A stretch of DNA of 64,000 nt, taken from positions 70,392 to 134,391 of the forward strand of contig CAZBNP010000007.1 of assembly GCA_964493505.1 (NCBI GenBank), in the 5' to 3' direction. Position 1 is the stretch's first letter. The number at the start of each line of letters is the position of its first letter. This DNA comes from an uncultured Roseivirgaceae bacterium (GTDB lineage: Bacteria > Bacteroidota > Bacteroidia > Cytophagales > Cyclobacteriaceae). The notes under the pieces were generated by a model, which was not told the DNA's origin, searched no databases, and worked only from the letters and a program-made list of their open reading frames with translations. Of this stretch, positions 1 through 9,851 are shown piece after piece. The position numbers and the translations under genes are program-made.

Positions 1-1051
1 AGAAAATCCAACTGTACGGACTCGTCGTCATCCTTTCAATGAAATACACCGCTTCCTCCGGAATGTTGGCATACCAAATCAGCAGAAACTGGCTGAACCA
101 TATATAGGTCCAGAAGATCGTAAACGCGAATATGTACTTGCCGAGGTCATGCAAATGATTGGAATTCACAACCTTGAGATATCCCGCCTCCTTAAGGAAT
201 GCGCAAATCAGCGTGATCACGGCAAGGCCGGTTACCCACCAGCTTGCGAAAACATACCAGCCGAACATGGTACTAAACCAGTGTGTATCGATACTCATCA
301 CCCAGTCCCACGCTGCGATAGAAGAGCTCACCGCAAAGAACACGAGAAACCAGGCAGCCGTAGAGCGATTCTTGTACCAGTAGATGGTCTTGTTTTCCAG
401 GTCTTCAGCAAGCATATTCCTGCGGATGACGACGTAAAATGCATACCACATCCCAAAGAAGAGCACCATTCGAAGGATAAAGAAAACCGGGAAACCACCG
501 CCTTCACCAGGCCAGAAGAAGAACTTCGCCTTGTGTGAAATGAGTTCATCGTAATGCGCACCGCCCACTTCATACAGATCGTGATGTGTCCAGTGGAAGA
601 TTGTATGGCCCGTTACAAAGAAAAGTACGATCGAAAGAATCCCGGCAATCGGGATCCATGATCCCATCGCAAGTGGAATCCGGATAAGACCTGCAGACCA
701 GCCGGCCTGTGCCGCGTAGTGGATCGCTACGAAGAAAAGGCCGATGATACCGAGGCCGGTAAAAAATACGTTGTTCATCCAGAGGGTCGTATAGAGTCGC
801 TTCACTGCGTATGCAAAACCATCTCTCCCATCATGTTCTTCATGCCCCGCGACCGCCTGCGCCGTGCTGGCCACAAGCTCATGCTGGTCAGCCATTGCAT
901 GATGGTCAGCTCCCGTGGAGGGCGGATTGCTCATGACAATAAAAAAGCCGGCGATCAGGAGAAATAACCCTACCCCGAGAAGAATAAAGAACGTAGTTCG
1001 GGTTTGCGGCCTGAATATATATTGTTCGTCTTCAATAATTACATGAGCCAT
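1..1051 (-). CDS. actF: Alternative complex III membrane subunit ActF (partial, runs off the left edge; absent from the ORF track)
   Basis: Manual translation from ATG at 1051 (MAHVIIEDEQYIFRPQ...) is open to the window edge; multiple TM segments and the motif YIWFSQFLLIWYANIPEE; directly downstream of actE. Confidence 0.9.
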   Translation of the reverse strand, partial: MAHVIIEDEQYIFRPQTRTTFFILLGVGLFLLIAGFFIVMSNPPSTGADHHAMADQHELVASTAQAVAGHEEHDGRDGFAYAVKRLYTTLWMNNVFFTGLGIIGLFFVAIHYAAQAGWSAGLIRIPLAMGSWIPIAGILSIVLFFVTGHTIFHWTHHDLYEVGGAHYDELISHKAKFFFWPGEGGGFPVFFILRMVLFFGMWYAFYVVIRRNMLAEDLENKTIYWYKNRSTAAWFLVFFAVSSSIAAWDWVMSIDTHWFSTMFGWYVFASWWVTGLAVITLICAFLKEAGYLKVVNSNHLHDLGKYIFAFTIFWTYIWFSQFLLIWYANIPEEAVYFIERMTTSPYSWIF

Positions 1052-1058
1052 TTCTATA

Positions 1059-1076
1059 AGTCATTAGTCATTAGTC
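1059..1076. repeat. Short heptamer tandem repeat (AGTCATT)x2.5 between actE and actF
   Basis: AGTCATT at 1059-1065 and 1066-1072, then AGTC at 1073-1076. Confidence 0.7.
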
Positions 1077-1104
1077 CTGTTTCTGAATCTCGTTGTTCTT
1101 GCAT

Positions 1105-1827
1105 CTACTTCCCCTGCAATTCCTTCACATATTTCGCGATCTTCCAGCGATCCTCCGGAGCGATTTGAGAACCGTGAGGCCACATCAGATTCTTCCCGTA
1201 AGTGATCACGTGGAAGATATGTCCTTCGGTCATATCCTTCAGCGCGTCAGATTTATAGGTAGGCACACCCGCGTAAGCGCTCTTCTCCTGTCCGTCTACC
1301 GTTACGCCCTGCGCCACTTTGCCTTCACCTTCGCCCTTTACACCGTGGCAGTGTTCGCAATACCGCTCATAGAGCACTTTGCCCGCTGCCAGGGCCTCCT
1401 TTGATCCTTCCAAAGGACTTTCGACGCGGCCCGACAACCGCAACCCTGTGGTGTCATTCGGCAACCGGTAAGGCAGCCATCCCTGCTGATTTCTCTTCAC
1501 TGTATTGGCAGGGGGAACACGCATATTCATACGGTGTGGGTTAAAGAGGTTCGAGTTATAAAACTCTGCGTGGCCCTCATTCTTTCCGGGCATATTGGGG
1601 TAGTCGATAGAAGTTACCCATCGCCCGGCATCCGGATCGGTAACCTGAGTGAAGGGATCGTAGGGAACCGAGTGATACATATTCGGCGCGTACTCAACGC
1701 CGGGGTTATCGCCACTCGCGCTACAGCCTGCGAGAAGCGCCGTTGCGGAAAATGCGATCAATATCTTGTTCAAAGTCTGCATGTCGTGAAATCGTCTTGT
1801 GCTTATTGCTATGCGTATTCCCCTCAC
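1105..1827 (-). CDS. actE: Alternative complex III monoheme cytochrome c lipoprotein ActE
   Basis: Lipobox LLAGC, YAPNMYHSV motif, single CEHCH heme site, distal Met in GKNLM; 4-bp overlap with actD. Confidence 0.92.
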   Translation of the reverse strand: MRGIRIAISTRRFHDMQTLNKILIAFSATALLAGCSASGDNPGVEYAPNMYHSVPYDPFTQVTDPDAGRWVTSIDYPNMPGKNEGHAEFYNSNLFNPHRMNMRVPPANTVKRNQQGWLPYRLPNDTTGLRLSGRVESPLEGSKEALAAGKVLYERYCEHCHGVKGEGEGKVAQGVTVDGQEKSAYAGVPTYKSDALKDMTEGHIFHVITYGKNLMWPHGSQIAPEDRWKIAKYVKELQGK

Positions 1828-2354
1828 TGAAAGTTTTTCTTGTTGACCTCGGTAGCGCCGGATTCCTTAAGCAACTGTGTAATTGCCGCAGGGTCCTGCG
1901 TCTTGTTGGCATCCACGTCAATGGCCACTATGAGTTTGTCGTCTGTACTGCGCACATCAAATTGACGCGGCTTGCCGTAAGGCTTCATGTCACTAACGAT
2001 AAAGAAAGTCGCAACCATTCCCAGGGCTGACAACAGGACCGTCATCTCGAAAGTAACCGGAATAAACGGAGGCAGCGAAGCGTATGGTTTACCCCCGATA
2101 ATCATTGGCCAGTCGTAACCCAGCATCCAGAACTGCATGAGCAGTGCAAGCGACGTACCCAGCAATCCAAAGCAAAAAGCTGCGATAGGTAGGCGGCTCC
2201 TTTTGTAACCGAGAACCTCGTCAAGTCCGTGTACCGGGAAGGGAGTAAATACTTCGTGTATCTTCACCCCTTTTGACCGGAGCGCGCTGACAGCACCGAG
2301 CAATACGTCTTCGTCGTCGTAAACTCCTACCAGAAAATTGTTATTTGCGGCCAT
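1824..2354 (-). CDS. actD: Alternative complex III subunit ActD (DUF3341)
   Basis: TPFPVHGLD and IGGKP...PPFIPVTFEMTVL motifs, two TM helices, operon position. Confidence 0.93.
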   Translation of the reverse strand: MAANNNFLVGVYDDEDVLLGAVSALRSKGVKIHEVFTPFPVHGLDEVLGYKRSRLPIAAFCFGLLGTSLALLMQFWMLGYDWPMIIGGKPYASLPPFIPVTFEMTVLLSALGMVATFFIVSDMKPYGKPRQFDVRSTDDKLIVAIDVDANKTQDPAAITQLLKESGATEVNKKNFQ

Positions 2355-2380
2355 TATCTATCAAAAATTAAGCTCTTGTA

Positions 2381-3790
2381 TCATTGACGAGTACTATCCG
2401 CTTCACCTGACGCGCCTCCGGGTTTGTCGCCCGAAGTCGCTTTCAAAATACTCTTGATCTCCGCCATATTAACCACCGGGAAGAACTTGGCGAAGAGGAA
2501 GAACGCAGTAAAGAACAAACCGAAAGTGAAGATGTATTCTCCGATATCATAAATCGTCGGGTGGAACATCGTCCAGCTCGAAGGAACAAAGTCGCGGTGC
2601 AGCGATGTCACGATGATGACAAAGCGTTCGAACCACATTCCAATATTCACGATAATCGACAGCACGAACGTTGCGACAAGGCTGGTGCGGATCTTCTTGA
2701 TCCAGAATAATTGCGGTGAGATCACGTTACACGTCATCATCGACCAGTATGCCCAGGCGTAAGGCCCCTGAACCCGGTTGAAAAACGCATACCCCTCGTA
2801 TTCAACACCGGAGTACCATGCGATAAACAACTCGGTAATGTATGCGATACCGACGATCGAACCGGTGACGATGATGATGATGTTCATCAGTTCGATGTGG
2901 TAGATCGTGATATAATCTTCGAGTTTAAAAACTTTTCTCGTGACCAGAAGCAGGGTTAACACCATCGCGAATCCCGAAAAGATCGCACCGGCAACAAAAT
3001 AAGGAGGGAAGATGGTAGTATGCCAGCCGGGAATTACCGATGTGGCAAAGTCCATAGATACAATAGTGTGAACCGACAACACCAGCGGTGTTGACAAGCC
3101 CGCGAGGATCAGGGCAACGGACTCATAGCGCATCCAGGTTTTAGCGCCACCTGACCAACCAAAACTCAGCGCATTATAAATAGTGGCGCGTGTCTTGGCC
3201 CCCTGCACGATCGCGCGGTCGCGTATCGTAGCAAAGTCGGGGATAAGGCCGATATACCAGAATACCAATGAAACCGTGAAGTATGTCGAGATCGCGAACA
3301 CATCCCACAACAACGGCGAGTTAAAGTTCACCCACAGCGATCCGAAAGTATTGGGTAGCGGAAGTGCCCAATAGAATCCAAGCCACAGCCGTCCCATGTG
3401 CATAAGCGGGAATGTCGCGGCACAGATAACGGCAAAGATCGTCATCGCTTCCGCGGCGCGGTTGATAGACATTCTCCAGCGCTGGCGGAACAACAGCAGG
3501 ATCGCGGAAATCAACGTACCAGCGTGACCGATACCAACCCACCAGACGAAGTTTGTGATATCCCAGGCCCAGCCGACGGTCTTGTTAAGCCCCCATACAC
3601 CTATTCCTTCCCAGAGAAGTACACAAACACAATAAAAACCCAGGGCAAACAACACAAGCGATACTGCCATCGCCGTCAGCCACAGCGTATTCGGTTTGTT
3701 TTCTACGTGGCGGCTGATGTCTTGAGATACATCTTTCAGTGTCTTGCCACCGGTGATCAAAGGGTCGCGGATCGCGGAAGTTACTTGCAT
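2381..3790 (-). CDS. actC: Alternative complex III quinol-binding subunit ActC (NrfD/PsrC family)
   Basis: [32 protein letters not shown] motifs; about 10 TM helices. Confidence 0.95.
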   Translation of the reverse strand: MQVTSAIRDPLITGGKTLKDVSQDISRHVENKPNTLWLTAMAVSLVLFALGFYCVCVLLWEGIGVWGLNKTVGWAWDITNFVWWVGIGHAGTLISAILLLFRQRWRMSINRAAEAMTIFAVICAATFPLMHMGRLWLGFYWALPLPNTFGSLWVNFNSPLLWDVFAISTYFTVSLVFWYIGLIPDFATIRDRAIVQGAKTRATIYNALSFGWSGGAKTWMRYESVALILAGLSTPLVLSVHTIVSMDFATSVIPGWHTTIFPPYFVAGAIFSGFAMVLTLLLVTRKVFKLEDYITIYHIELMNIIIIVTGSIVGIAYITELFIAWYSGVEYEGYAFFNRVQGPYAWAYWSMMTCNVISPQLFWIKKIRTSLVATFVLSIIVNIGMWFERFVIIVTSLHRDFVPSSWTMFHPTIYDIGEYIFTFGLFFTAFFLFAKFFPVVNMAEIKSILKATSGDKPGGASGEADSTRQ

Positions 3791-3831
3791 CGTCTTGGTA
3801 TAGCTAATCCTCTAATTTCTTCTGTAAATCA

Positions 3832-6800
3832 TTAAGCGTTTGCAGCATCGCGGTTTCTCACCTTCGCCAGGTAGAAAATATTCGGTCGTGTATTGAGCTC
3901 TTCAAGCACCGAGTACGCGCGGATGTTGTCTGCGTCTTTATCATTAATATGAGGTCTCTCAGGATCCAGCGGACGCACTTTTAGGTGCCTGGCGATCTTG
4001 CTCTCCGGATCGTTCATATCTCCAAAAAGGATAGCACCCGTTGAACAGGCGGCCGCGCACGCGGTAACGACTTCGCCGTCCCTGAGTGTTCTTTTCTCTT
4101 TCTTAGCAGCAAGTTTTCCTGCCTGAATCCGCTGTACGCAGAATGAGCATTTTTCCATCACACCGCGTGAACGAACCGTCACATCAGGGTTCAACACCAT
4201 CTTGCCGAGGTCGGTATTCATCGACGTGTTGACGTTCGCAAACTGTTTGTTGTCGTGATATTTAAACCAGTTGAAACGACGTACTTTATACGGACAGTTG
4301 TTGGCGCAGTAGCGTGTACCGATACAGCGGTTATAAACCATTTGGTTGAGTCCCTCGGTGCTGTGAGTCGTCGCGGCTACCGGACATACCGTTTCACACG
4401 GCGCGTTGTTACAGTGCTGACATAGCATAGGCTGGAACACCACTTCCGGATTTTCCGCAGCGTATTCCGCACCGGTCCAGTCGTCGGCAGGTGCATCGCT
4501 GCTGTAGTAACGGTCGATCCGCAGCCACAGCATTTCACGACGGTTGATAACTTCCTCACGACCGACCAGGGCCACGTTGTTCTCAACGTTACAGGCAACC
4601 ACACACGCACCACAACCGATACATGTGTTCAGGTCTATTGCCATTCCCCAGTGGTGACCGTGGTAGTCATGGTTCTTCCAGAGCGTGAGTTTCTCAGGAT
4701 CCACTTTATGATCCTCAGACTTCCACGTATTGATCATCGGCTTGAACTTCTCTTTTTCGAAGGTGCCGTCCGTGAATTCTTCCAGGGTCGTTTCCTGGAT
4801 CACGGATCTACGTCCCATATAGGTGTCCTGGGTCTGGGTCTGAGCCAGTTGATAGTCTTCGTTGTAGTTGATCTCAAATTGAACATTCGCAGCCGCGTAG
4901 CTGAGTGAACCATTCACGAGACTGACAAAAGGATACGCGTTCGCACCGATACCATCGGCGACGCGGCCGGCCTTCGTGCGTCCATATCCAAGTGATATCC
5001 CAATGGTTCCCTGAAGCTGTCCCGGCTGTACCATCACCGGCAACTGTACTGACTTATCACCGACGGTGATCGTCGCCTTCTTAGTATGGCTTTCGTCAAA
5101 TGAAATCCTGGCGGCGTCTTTGAGTGATACCGTAACATAGTTATCCCAAACAACTTTGGTTATCGGGTCGGAGAGTTCCTGCAGCAGCGGGTTGTTGGCT
5201 TGTGAGCCATCTCCCACCGTACCGCTCGGGTAAATCACCAGCTCAAACTCAGAAGGTTTGTAGTTAGCGGCAATAGCCGTTGCGGCAGCGCTTACATCGC
5301 CATTGAAAGCCGGGGGTGCCGCTTCCGGTACAGATTGTTCGAAGACACCATCGTAGAGACATTTGTCCCAGAACGCCTGGAAGTCTCCCTGGCCGCCCTG
5401 ATAAAAGCGTGTTCGCCAGTTTTCCCTGAGGAATTCAAAATAGTTGGTTTGTTCTTCCCCAGCCCATACCAGTAAACTTTCCTGCACCTGGCGGGTCTTG
5501 AACAATTGCGTGATCACGGGCTGCGAGAGGCTGAAATGATTGCGCTTCGGCTCCGCGTCATTCCATGATTCGAGGTAGTGATGATCAGGAGCCAGATACT
5601 GACAATGAATGCCGGTTTCTTCCTCCTTGTATCCCGTAGCAACAGAAAGCGATGCAGCTTTGATCGCATCGGCTAATTCAGCTCCTCTCGGATGATCGTA
5701 AACAGGGTTACAGTTATAAAAGAAGATCGCAGCAATCCGGTTATCAACCACATCGCTGACAAACTTGTTCATTGCCTCGTCATTTCCCTGACGGTAGTTG
5801 ACAGGCAGGTTGGGCAGGATAGTGGTTCCGTAGCTACCCAGCATATCGTTGATTCCGTTTACCAGCACCTGAACGGCGCGGTCGTTAGAACCCGCCACGA
5901 CGAGAGATTTACCGCGGTTTTGCCACAGCTCGTCAGCCGCGCGGGAGAGATTGCCTTTATCTGCTCCTCCACTAACGGTTGGTCTACCAGCCTTCTGCGC
6001 GATATAATTGTACAACTGAACCACAACCGCGGCTTCTTCAGAAGGCTTAATCGGTGTGCGGTAGTCAGCATTCGCACCTGTAATCGTCAGCAATGCCTCG
6101 AACTGATAGTGGCGCGACATATCCTTTTTGGTCTCGCTCACCTCACGGGTCGCCGCGTATTGCTTGGTGTGTTCGATCGTCGCTCCCCAGCTTCCGAGGA
6201 AGTCAGCGCCGACACTCACGATCGTGCTTGCCTTGCTGAAGTCGTAGGACGGGATGGCAGCGGCTCCGAAGCTTTCTTCATTCGCCTTCAGGACACCGTA
6301 TTCGGAAACGGCGTCGTATTGAATGTGCTGTGTCGCAGGATATTTGGCCACGAACCGATCGATAGCTAGTTTGGTTGTCGGGCTTAGTATTGAATGGCTG
6401 ACGATGCGAATCTGTCCACCGCTGCGGGCGATTTCGCCCAGCTTGGAGATAACCTGCGCGTCAAGTTCTTCCCAGGTGATACGGGCGCCTTTTGCTTTAG
6501 GGCCGCGAAGGCGGTCGTTGTCGTAGAGCGACAGCACCGAAGCTTCTACCTGTGCGCTGGTTCCGCCGCGTGTAACGGAAGAGAGCGCGTTGCCGTCAAC
6601 TTTAATAGGACGACCCTCGCGCGTTTTCACGACGATACTACAGTAGTCGCCGCCGTTGACATACGTCGAAGCGTAATAATTAGGAATGCTCGCCAGGTAG
6701 TCGTCCGGCTGATTTACGAACGGAATAGCATGGCGGACCGGCGCTTCACAGGCCGCGAGCGACGCGGCAGCGACTCCAAAGCCCATCATTTTTAAAAAAT

Positions 6801-6930
6801 CTCTCCGGGAGTGCCCCAGATCCTCTTCCGGACCAGGGTCGGGGCCGAACTCGTCCTGTGCATTCTTCACAAACGCTGTGCGATTCGTGAGTTGCCCGAT
6901 ACCCTTCCAGTATACTTTCTTAGATTCCAT
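3832..6930 (-). CDS. actB: Alternative complex III Fe-S subunit ActB (molybdopterin-oxidoreductase-like fold fused to a ferredoxin domain; TAT lipoprotein)
   Basis: SRRDFLK twin-arginine signal ending in LAAC; C-terminal CIGCGAC, CQHCNNAPC, CIGTRYC, CSFC cluster motifs. Confidence 0.95.
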   Translation of the reverse strand: MESKKVYWKGIGQLTNRTAFVKNAQDEFGPDPGPEEDLGHSRRDFLKMMGFGVAAASLAACEAPVRHAIPFVNQPDDYLASIPNYYASTYVNGGDYCSIVVKTREGRPIKVDGNALSSVTRGGTSAQVEASVLSLYDNDRLRGPKAKGARITWEELDAQVISKLGEIARSGGQIRIVSHSILSPTTKLAIDRFVAKYPATQHIQYDAVSEYGVLKANEESFGAAAIPSYDFSKASTIVSVGADFLGSWGATIEHTKQYAATREVSETKKDMSRHYQFEALLTITGANADYRTPIKPSEEAAVVVQLYNYIAQKAGRPTVSGGADKGNLSRAADELWQNRGKSLVVAGSNDRAVQVLVNGINDMLGSYGTTILPNLPVNYRQGNDEAMNKFVSDVVDNRIAAIFFYNCNPVYDHPRGAELADAIKAASLSVATGYKEEETGIHCQYLAPDHHYLESWNDAEPKRNHFSLSQPVITQLFKTRQVQESLLVWAGEEQTNYFEFLRENWRTRFYQGGQGDFQAFWDKCLYDGVFEQSVPEAAPPAFNGDVSAAATAIAANYKPSEFELVIYPSGTVGDGSQANNPLLQELSDPITKVVWDNYVTVSLKDAARISFDESHTKKATITVGDKSVQLPVMVQPGQLQGTIGISLGYGRTKAGRVADGIGANAYPFVSLVNGSLSYAAANVQFEINYNEDYQLAQTQTQDTYMGRRSVIQETTLEEFTDGTFEKEKFKPMINTWKSEDHKVDPEKLTLWKNHDYHGHHWGMAIDLNTCIGCGACVVACNVENNVALVGREEVINRREMLWLRIDRYYSSDAPADDWTGAEYAAENPEVVFQPMLCQHCNNAPCETVCPVAATTHSTEGLNQMVYNRCIGTRYCANNCPYKVRRFNWFKYHDNKQFANVNTSMNTDLGKMVLNPDVTVRSRGVMEKCSFCVQRIQAGKLAAKKEKRTLRDGEVVTACAAACSTGAILFGDMNDPESKIARHLKVRPLDPERPHINDKDADNIRAYSVLEELNTRPNIFYLAKVRNRDAANA

Positions 6931-7025
6931 ATTCGTTTTATCGCGACTTAAAAGCTTGTGTTCGTTCAGTTAGATCTCAATAATTGCCAGCCATAAACCA
7001 TTTGAATCGGACCTGTAAACAGTTC

Positions 7026-8261
7026 CTAATAGTGGCATTTGGCACACTCGAGACCACCGATATCCTCGACAGTCATATCAGCTTTGCCCGACCCTTCGTG
7101 TACCTCCAGCAACTTGTCATAGTATTCGTTGCCCTGCGCATTAACTTGCGTTGTCCGGTGACAGTCGATACACCATCCCATTGTCAGCAATGAGTGCTGG
7201 CGAACGACATCCATTTCCTGAATAGGACCGTGGCAGGTTTCGCATTCTACGCCCCCGACGGTCACGTGCTGAGAGTGGTTGAAATACGCCAGATCTGGCA
7301 GGTTATGGACACGCACCCATTCGATAGGTTTGTTTTCATTGTACGCGCGTAAAATCTTGCCAATTTCGGCTTCACCTGTAAGCGTTCCACTTTTGATTTG
7401 ATTGTGGCAGTTCATACAGACGTTCACGGAAGGTATCGTTGCGTTCTTGCCAATAGAAGCACCGGTGTGGCAGTATTGACAGTCAATTTCGTATTGCCCG
7501 GCGTGTATCTTGTGCGAGAATGCGATGGGCTGCTCGGGTGCGTACCCTTTTTGAACACCTATAGAGAACAGTGTGTTAATCACTGATTTAAAGCCCAGCG
7601 CGGCAACAACAAAAGCAACCACGAAAATAAATCCACGGCTGCGGGTGATTGTTCCGAGGTTGATCGGCGAATGAATAAGTTCTTTTTGATCTTCCGACAG
7701 TTCTTTTGTATCGAGAAAACGCTTGATTGCCGAAATAAGGAAGAGCAAAATGACAACAAGCAGTGCCAGAATGATGACCATCCCGATCAGGATGAGATTT
7801 AGGTATTGCGGAGTTCCGGTTTCGCCGCCAGCGACCTGAGCGCCTGGCACAGGCTCAGCCACCGCGGGCTTCTCATCCTCACTTTTGATGTACGCGAGAA
7901 TATTGTTGACATCTTCATTCTTCAAAGAACTGAATGATGTCATCAGCAATTTGTTGTACTCATTAAACAGAGCAACCGCATACGGATCGCCACTTGCAAT
8001 GACTGCCGACGAGTTTCGAACGAAGTCCTGAATCCAGGATATCGACGGAGCCCGGTCATAAACGTGTCCAAGCGGAGGCCCGATCAGTTTGGAGTCGACG
8101 CGGTGACAGGTTTTGCAGTTTGTATCAAACAGTTGTTTACCCGCGGCGATAGCAGCATCGTCGGTAGGAATCTCTTGAGCAAAGGCTGATAAACTGAAGA
8201 ATGCGAGGACTATAGAAAAAGTAAGGGACTTGAGAGCGGAGCAATGGTAATTTATAGTCAT
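7026..8261 (-). CDS. actA: Alternative complex III multiheme cytochrome c ActA (six heme motifs)
   Basis: CKTCH in an N-terminal monoheme domain, two TM segments, then CQYCH, CMNCH, CETCH, CIDCH, CAKCH; QPIAFSHKIH motif. Confidence 0.95.
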   Translation of the reverse strand: MTINYHCSALKSLTFSIVLAFFSLSAFAQEIPTDDAAIAAGKQLFDTNCKTCHRVDSKLIGPPLGHVYDRAPSISWIQDFVRNSSAVIASGDPYAVALFNEYNKLLMTSFSSLKNEDVNNILAYIKSEDEKPAVAEPVPGAQVAGGETGTPQYLNLILIGMVIILALLVVILLFLISAIKRFLDTKELSEDQKELIHSPINLGTITRSRGFIFVVAFVVAALGFKSVINTLFSIGVQKGYAPEQPIAFSHKIHAGQYEIDCQYCHTGASIGKNATIPSVNVCMNCHNQIKSGTLTGEAEIGKILRAYNENKPIEWVRVHNLPDLAYFNHSQHVTVGGVECETCHGPIQEMDVVRQHSLLTMGWCIDCHRTTQVNAQGNEYYDKLLEVHEGSGKADMTVEDIGGLECAKCHY

Positions 8262-8297
8262 GTCAGGTTAGTGTCCGTTTTCCAAAACAAGTGCGCA

Positions 8298-8328
8298 CAA
8301 ATCTACTATTGGAATGCATTTTTTCAAA
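8298..8328 (-). promoter_or_regulatory. Bacteroidota housekeeping promoter for the act operon
   Basis: Minus strand TTTG (8325-8328), 19-nt spacer, TAGATTTG (8298-8305), matching -33 TTTG / -7 TAnnTTTG. Confidence 0.75.
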
Positions 8329-8619
8329 TTTATTTGCCCCAAGACTCCATTTTTTGAGCCTCTGGGCAACATTCTGATAGTCTTATCAGACCGCGAGCGT
8401 CAACAGAAAATCTGGTGGCGAAAGTAGTTAAGAAAGCGACTGCCTTCGAAGAAAAAAATAATTTAGAATGGTTTTAAATAATTAACCATCCCTCCAAAAG
8501 CCCTAAACACCGCACATCAGTTAAACAATACCGGTGGCCACATCCTACTTCAACCACGCGCCACAAAGTATTCGTTAAATTCTCTACCTTAACGGATTCG
8601 TTAACTACCACATCCTCAC

Positions 8620-9759
8620 TTGATACGCACACAAAAGGTAATACTCCCTCTGTTGTTTCTGGCCAACTGTATCACAGCCTCGGGGCAGAACACCTATGTC
8701 GAAACCGGTATCCGGAACATCATGGCAGAACACCAGGTAGTAGGATTATCCGTTGCTGTGGTAAAAGACGGACAGATCGTTTACACCGGTGCCTTCGGCA
8801 AGAAGAACATCGAAAACGACGAGCCGCTAACCGAAGTCGACCTCTTCCGCATCGCCTCCATCTCGAAATCGTTCTCCGCGACATCCATTATGCAGCTCGT
8901 CGAGGCGAAAAAAGTATCGCTTGACGACGACTTCAGTAAACTTATCGGCTTCCCCCTCCGAAACCCGGCTTTCCCTGACAAGGTCATCACACTGCGGATG
9001 GTACTGTCCCATACATCCAGCATCAACGACAGCCAGGGCTATTTCAACCTGGACGTGATCAACCCCGCCAAAAATCCCGACTGGAGGAAGTGCTACAACA
9101 CCTACGCGCCCGGCGAGGGCTACCAATACTGCAATCTCAACTATAATATGGCAGGTACGGTGATTGAAAAGCTTTCAGGAGAAAGGTTCGACACCTACGT
9201 CAGCAATCACATCCTTCGTCCCCTGAAACTGAATGGAGGCTATTGTATCGACTCCCTCGATAACGCACTATTCACTACCCTGTACGAATTCGACTCGGCG
9301 GCGGGGTTCATTCCTTCATCTTCAGCTTATGCGCCGCGCACGGAAGAGATCAGCAAATACGTCATGGGCCATTCAACACCTGTGTTCTCCCCCACCGGCG
9401 GAATGAAGATCTCCGCGCCCGACCTGGCCCGTTACATGATCATGCACATGAATTACGGGCAATATGAAGGAATGAAGATCATATCCAGGAAGAGCGCCAG
9501 GACAATGCAAAAGGCCGTAGCCTCCAACGGTTACGCATTAGGGCTCCTCAACACCGATACGCTCATCGAAGGCAAAGACCTTGTGGGGCACACAGGCTCC
9601 GCGTACGGGCTCTACAGCGCGATGTTCTTCCATCCAAAGGAAAAATTCGGAATCGTCGTCATTACCAACGGATGCAAACCCTCCTACTCCGCGGGGTTCA
9701 TAACGCCATTAAAAGAAATGATCGGGCACCTCTACCGCAATCTCATTGAGAAAGGATAA
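8620..9759 (+). CDS. Serine hydrolase, beta-lactamase/AmpC-like family, secreted
   Basis: SISK (SxxK), YCN (YxN), HTG motifs; signal peptide; TTG start. Confidence 0.88.
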   Translation: MIRTQKVILPLLFLANCITASGQNTYVETGIRNIMAEHQVVGLSVAVVKDGQIVYTGAFGKKNIENDEPLTEVDLFRIASISKSFSATSIMQLVEAKKVSLDDDFSKLIGFPLRNPAFPDKVITLRMVLSHTSSINDSQGYFNLDVINPAKNPDWRKCYNTYAPGEGYQYCNLNYNMAGTVIEKLSGERFDTYVSNHILRPLKLNGGYCIDSLDNALFTTLYEFDSAAGFIPSSSAYAPRTEEISKYVMGHSTPVFSPTGGMKISAPDLARYMIMHMNYGQYEGMKIISRKSARTMQKAVASNGYALGLLNTDTLIEGKDLVGHTGSAYGLYSAMFFHPKEKFGIVVITNGCKPSYSAGFITPLKEMIGHLYRNLIEKG

Positions 9760-9851
9760 ACCGCGCAGCCACCATCCTCCACACATGGAAATTCGGCCCT
9801 CCAACACAAAAAATCCATTACCTTTCCGGAATATTTAAGTGTCTGTCTGCT

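Noticed and set aside
3832-6930. ActB as an active molybdopterin oxidoreductase
   Set aside because: Operon context identifies it as ACIII ActB, which retains the fold but is known to lack the Mo cofactor.
8570-8604. ATTCGTTAA direct repeat with 26-bp period upstream of the first serine hydrolase
   Set aside because: AT-rich, only two copies, and the period does not match helical phasing of known operators.
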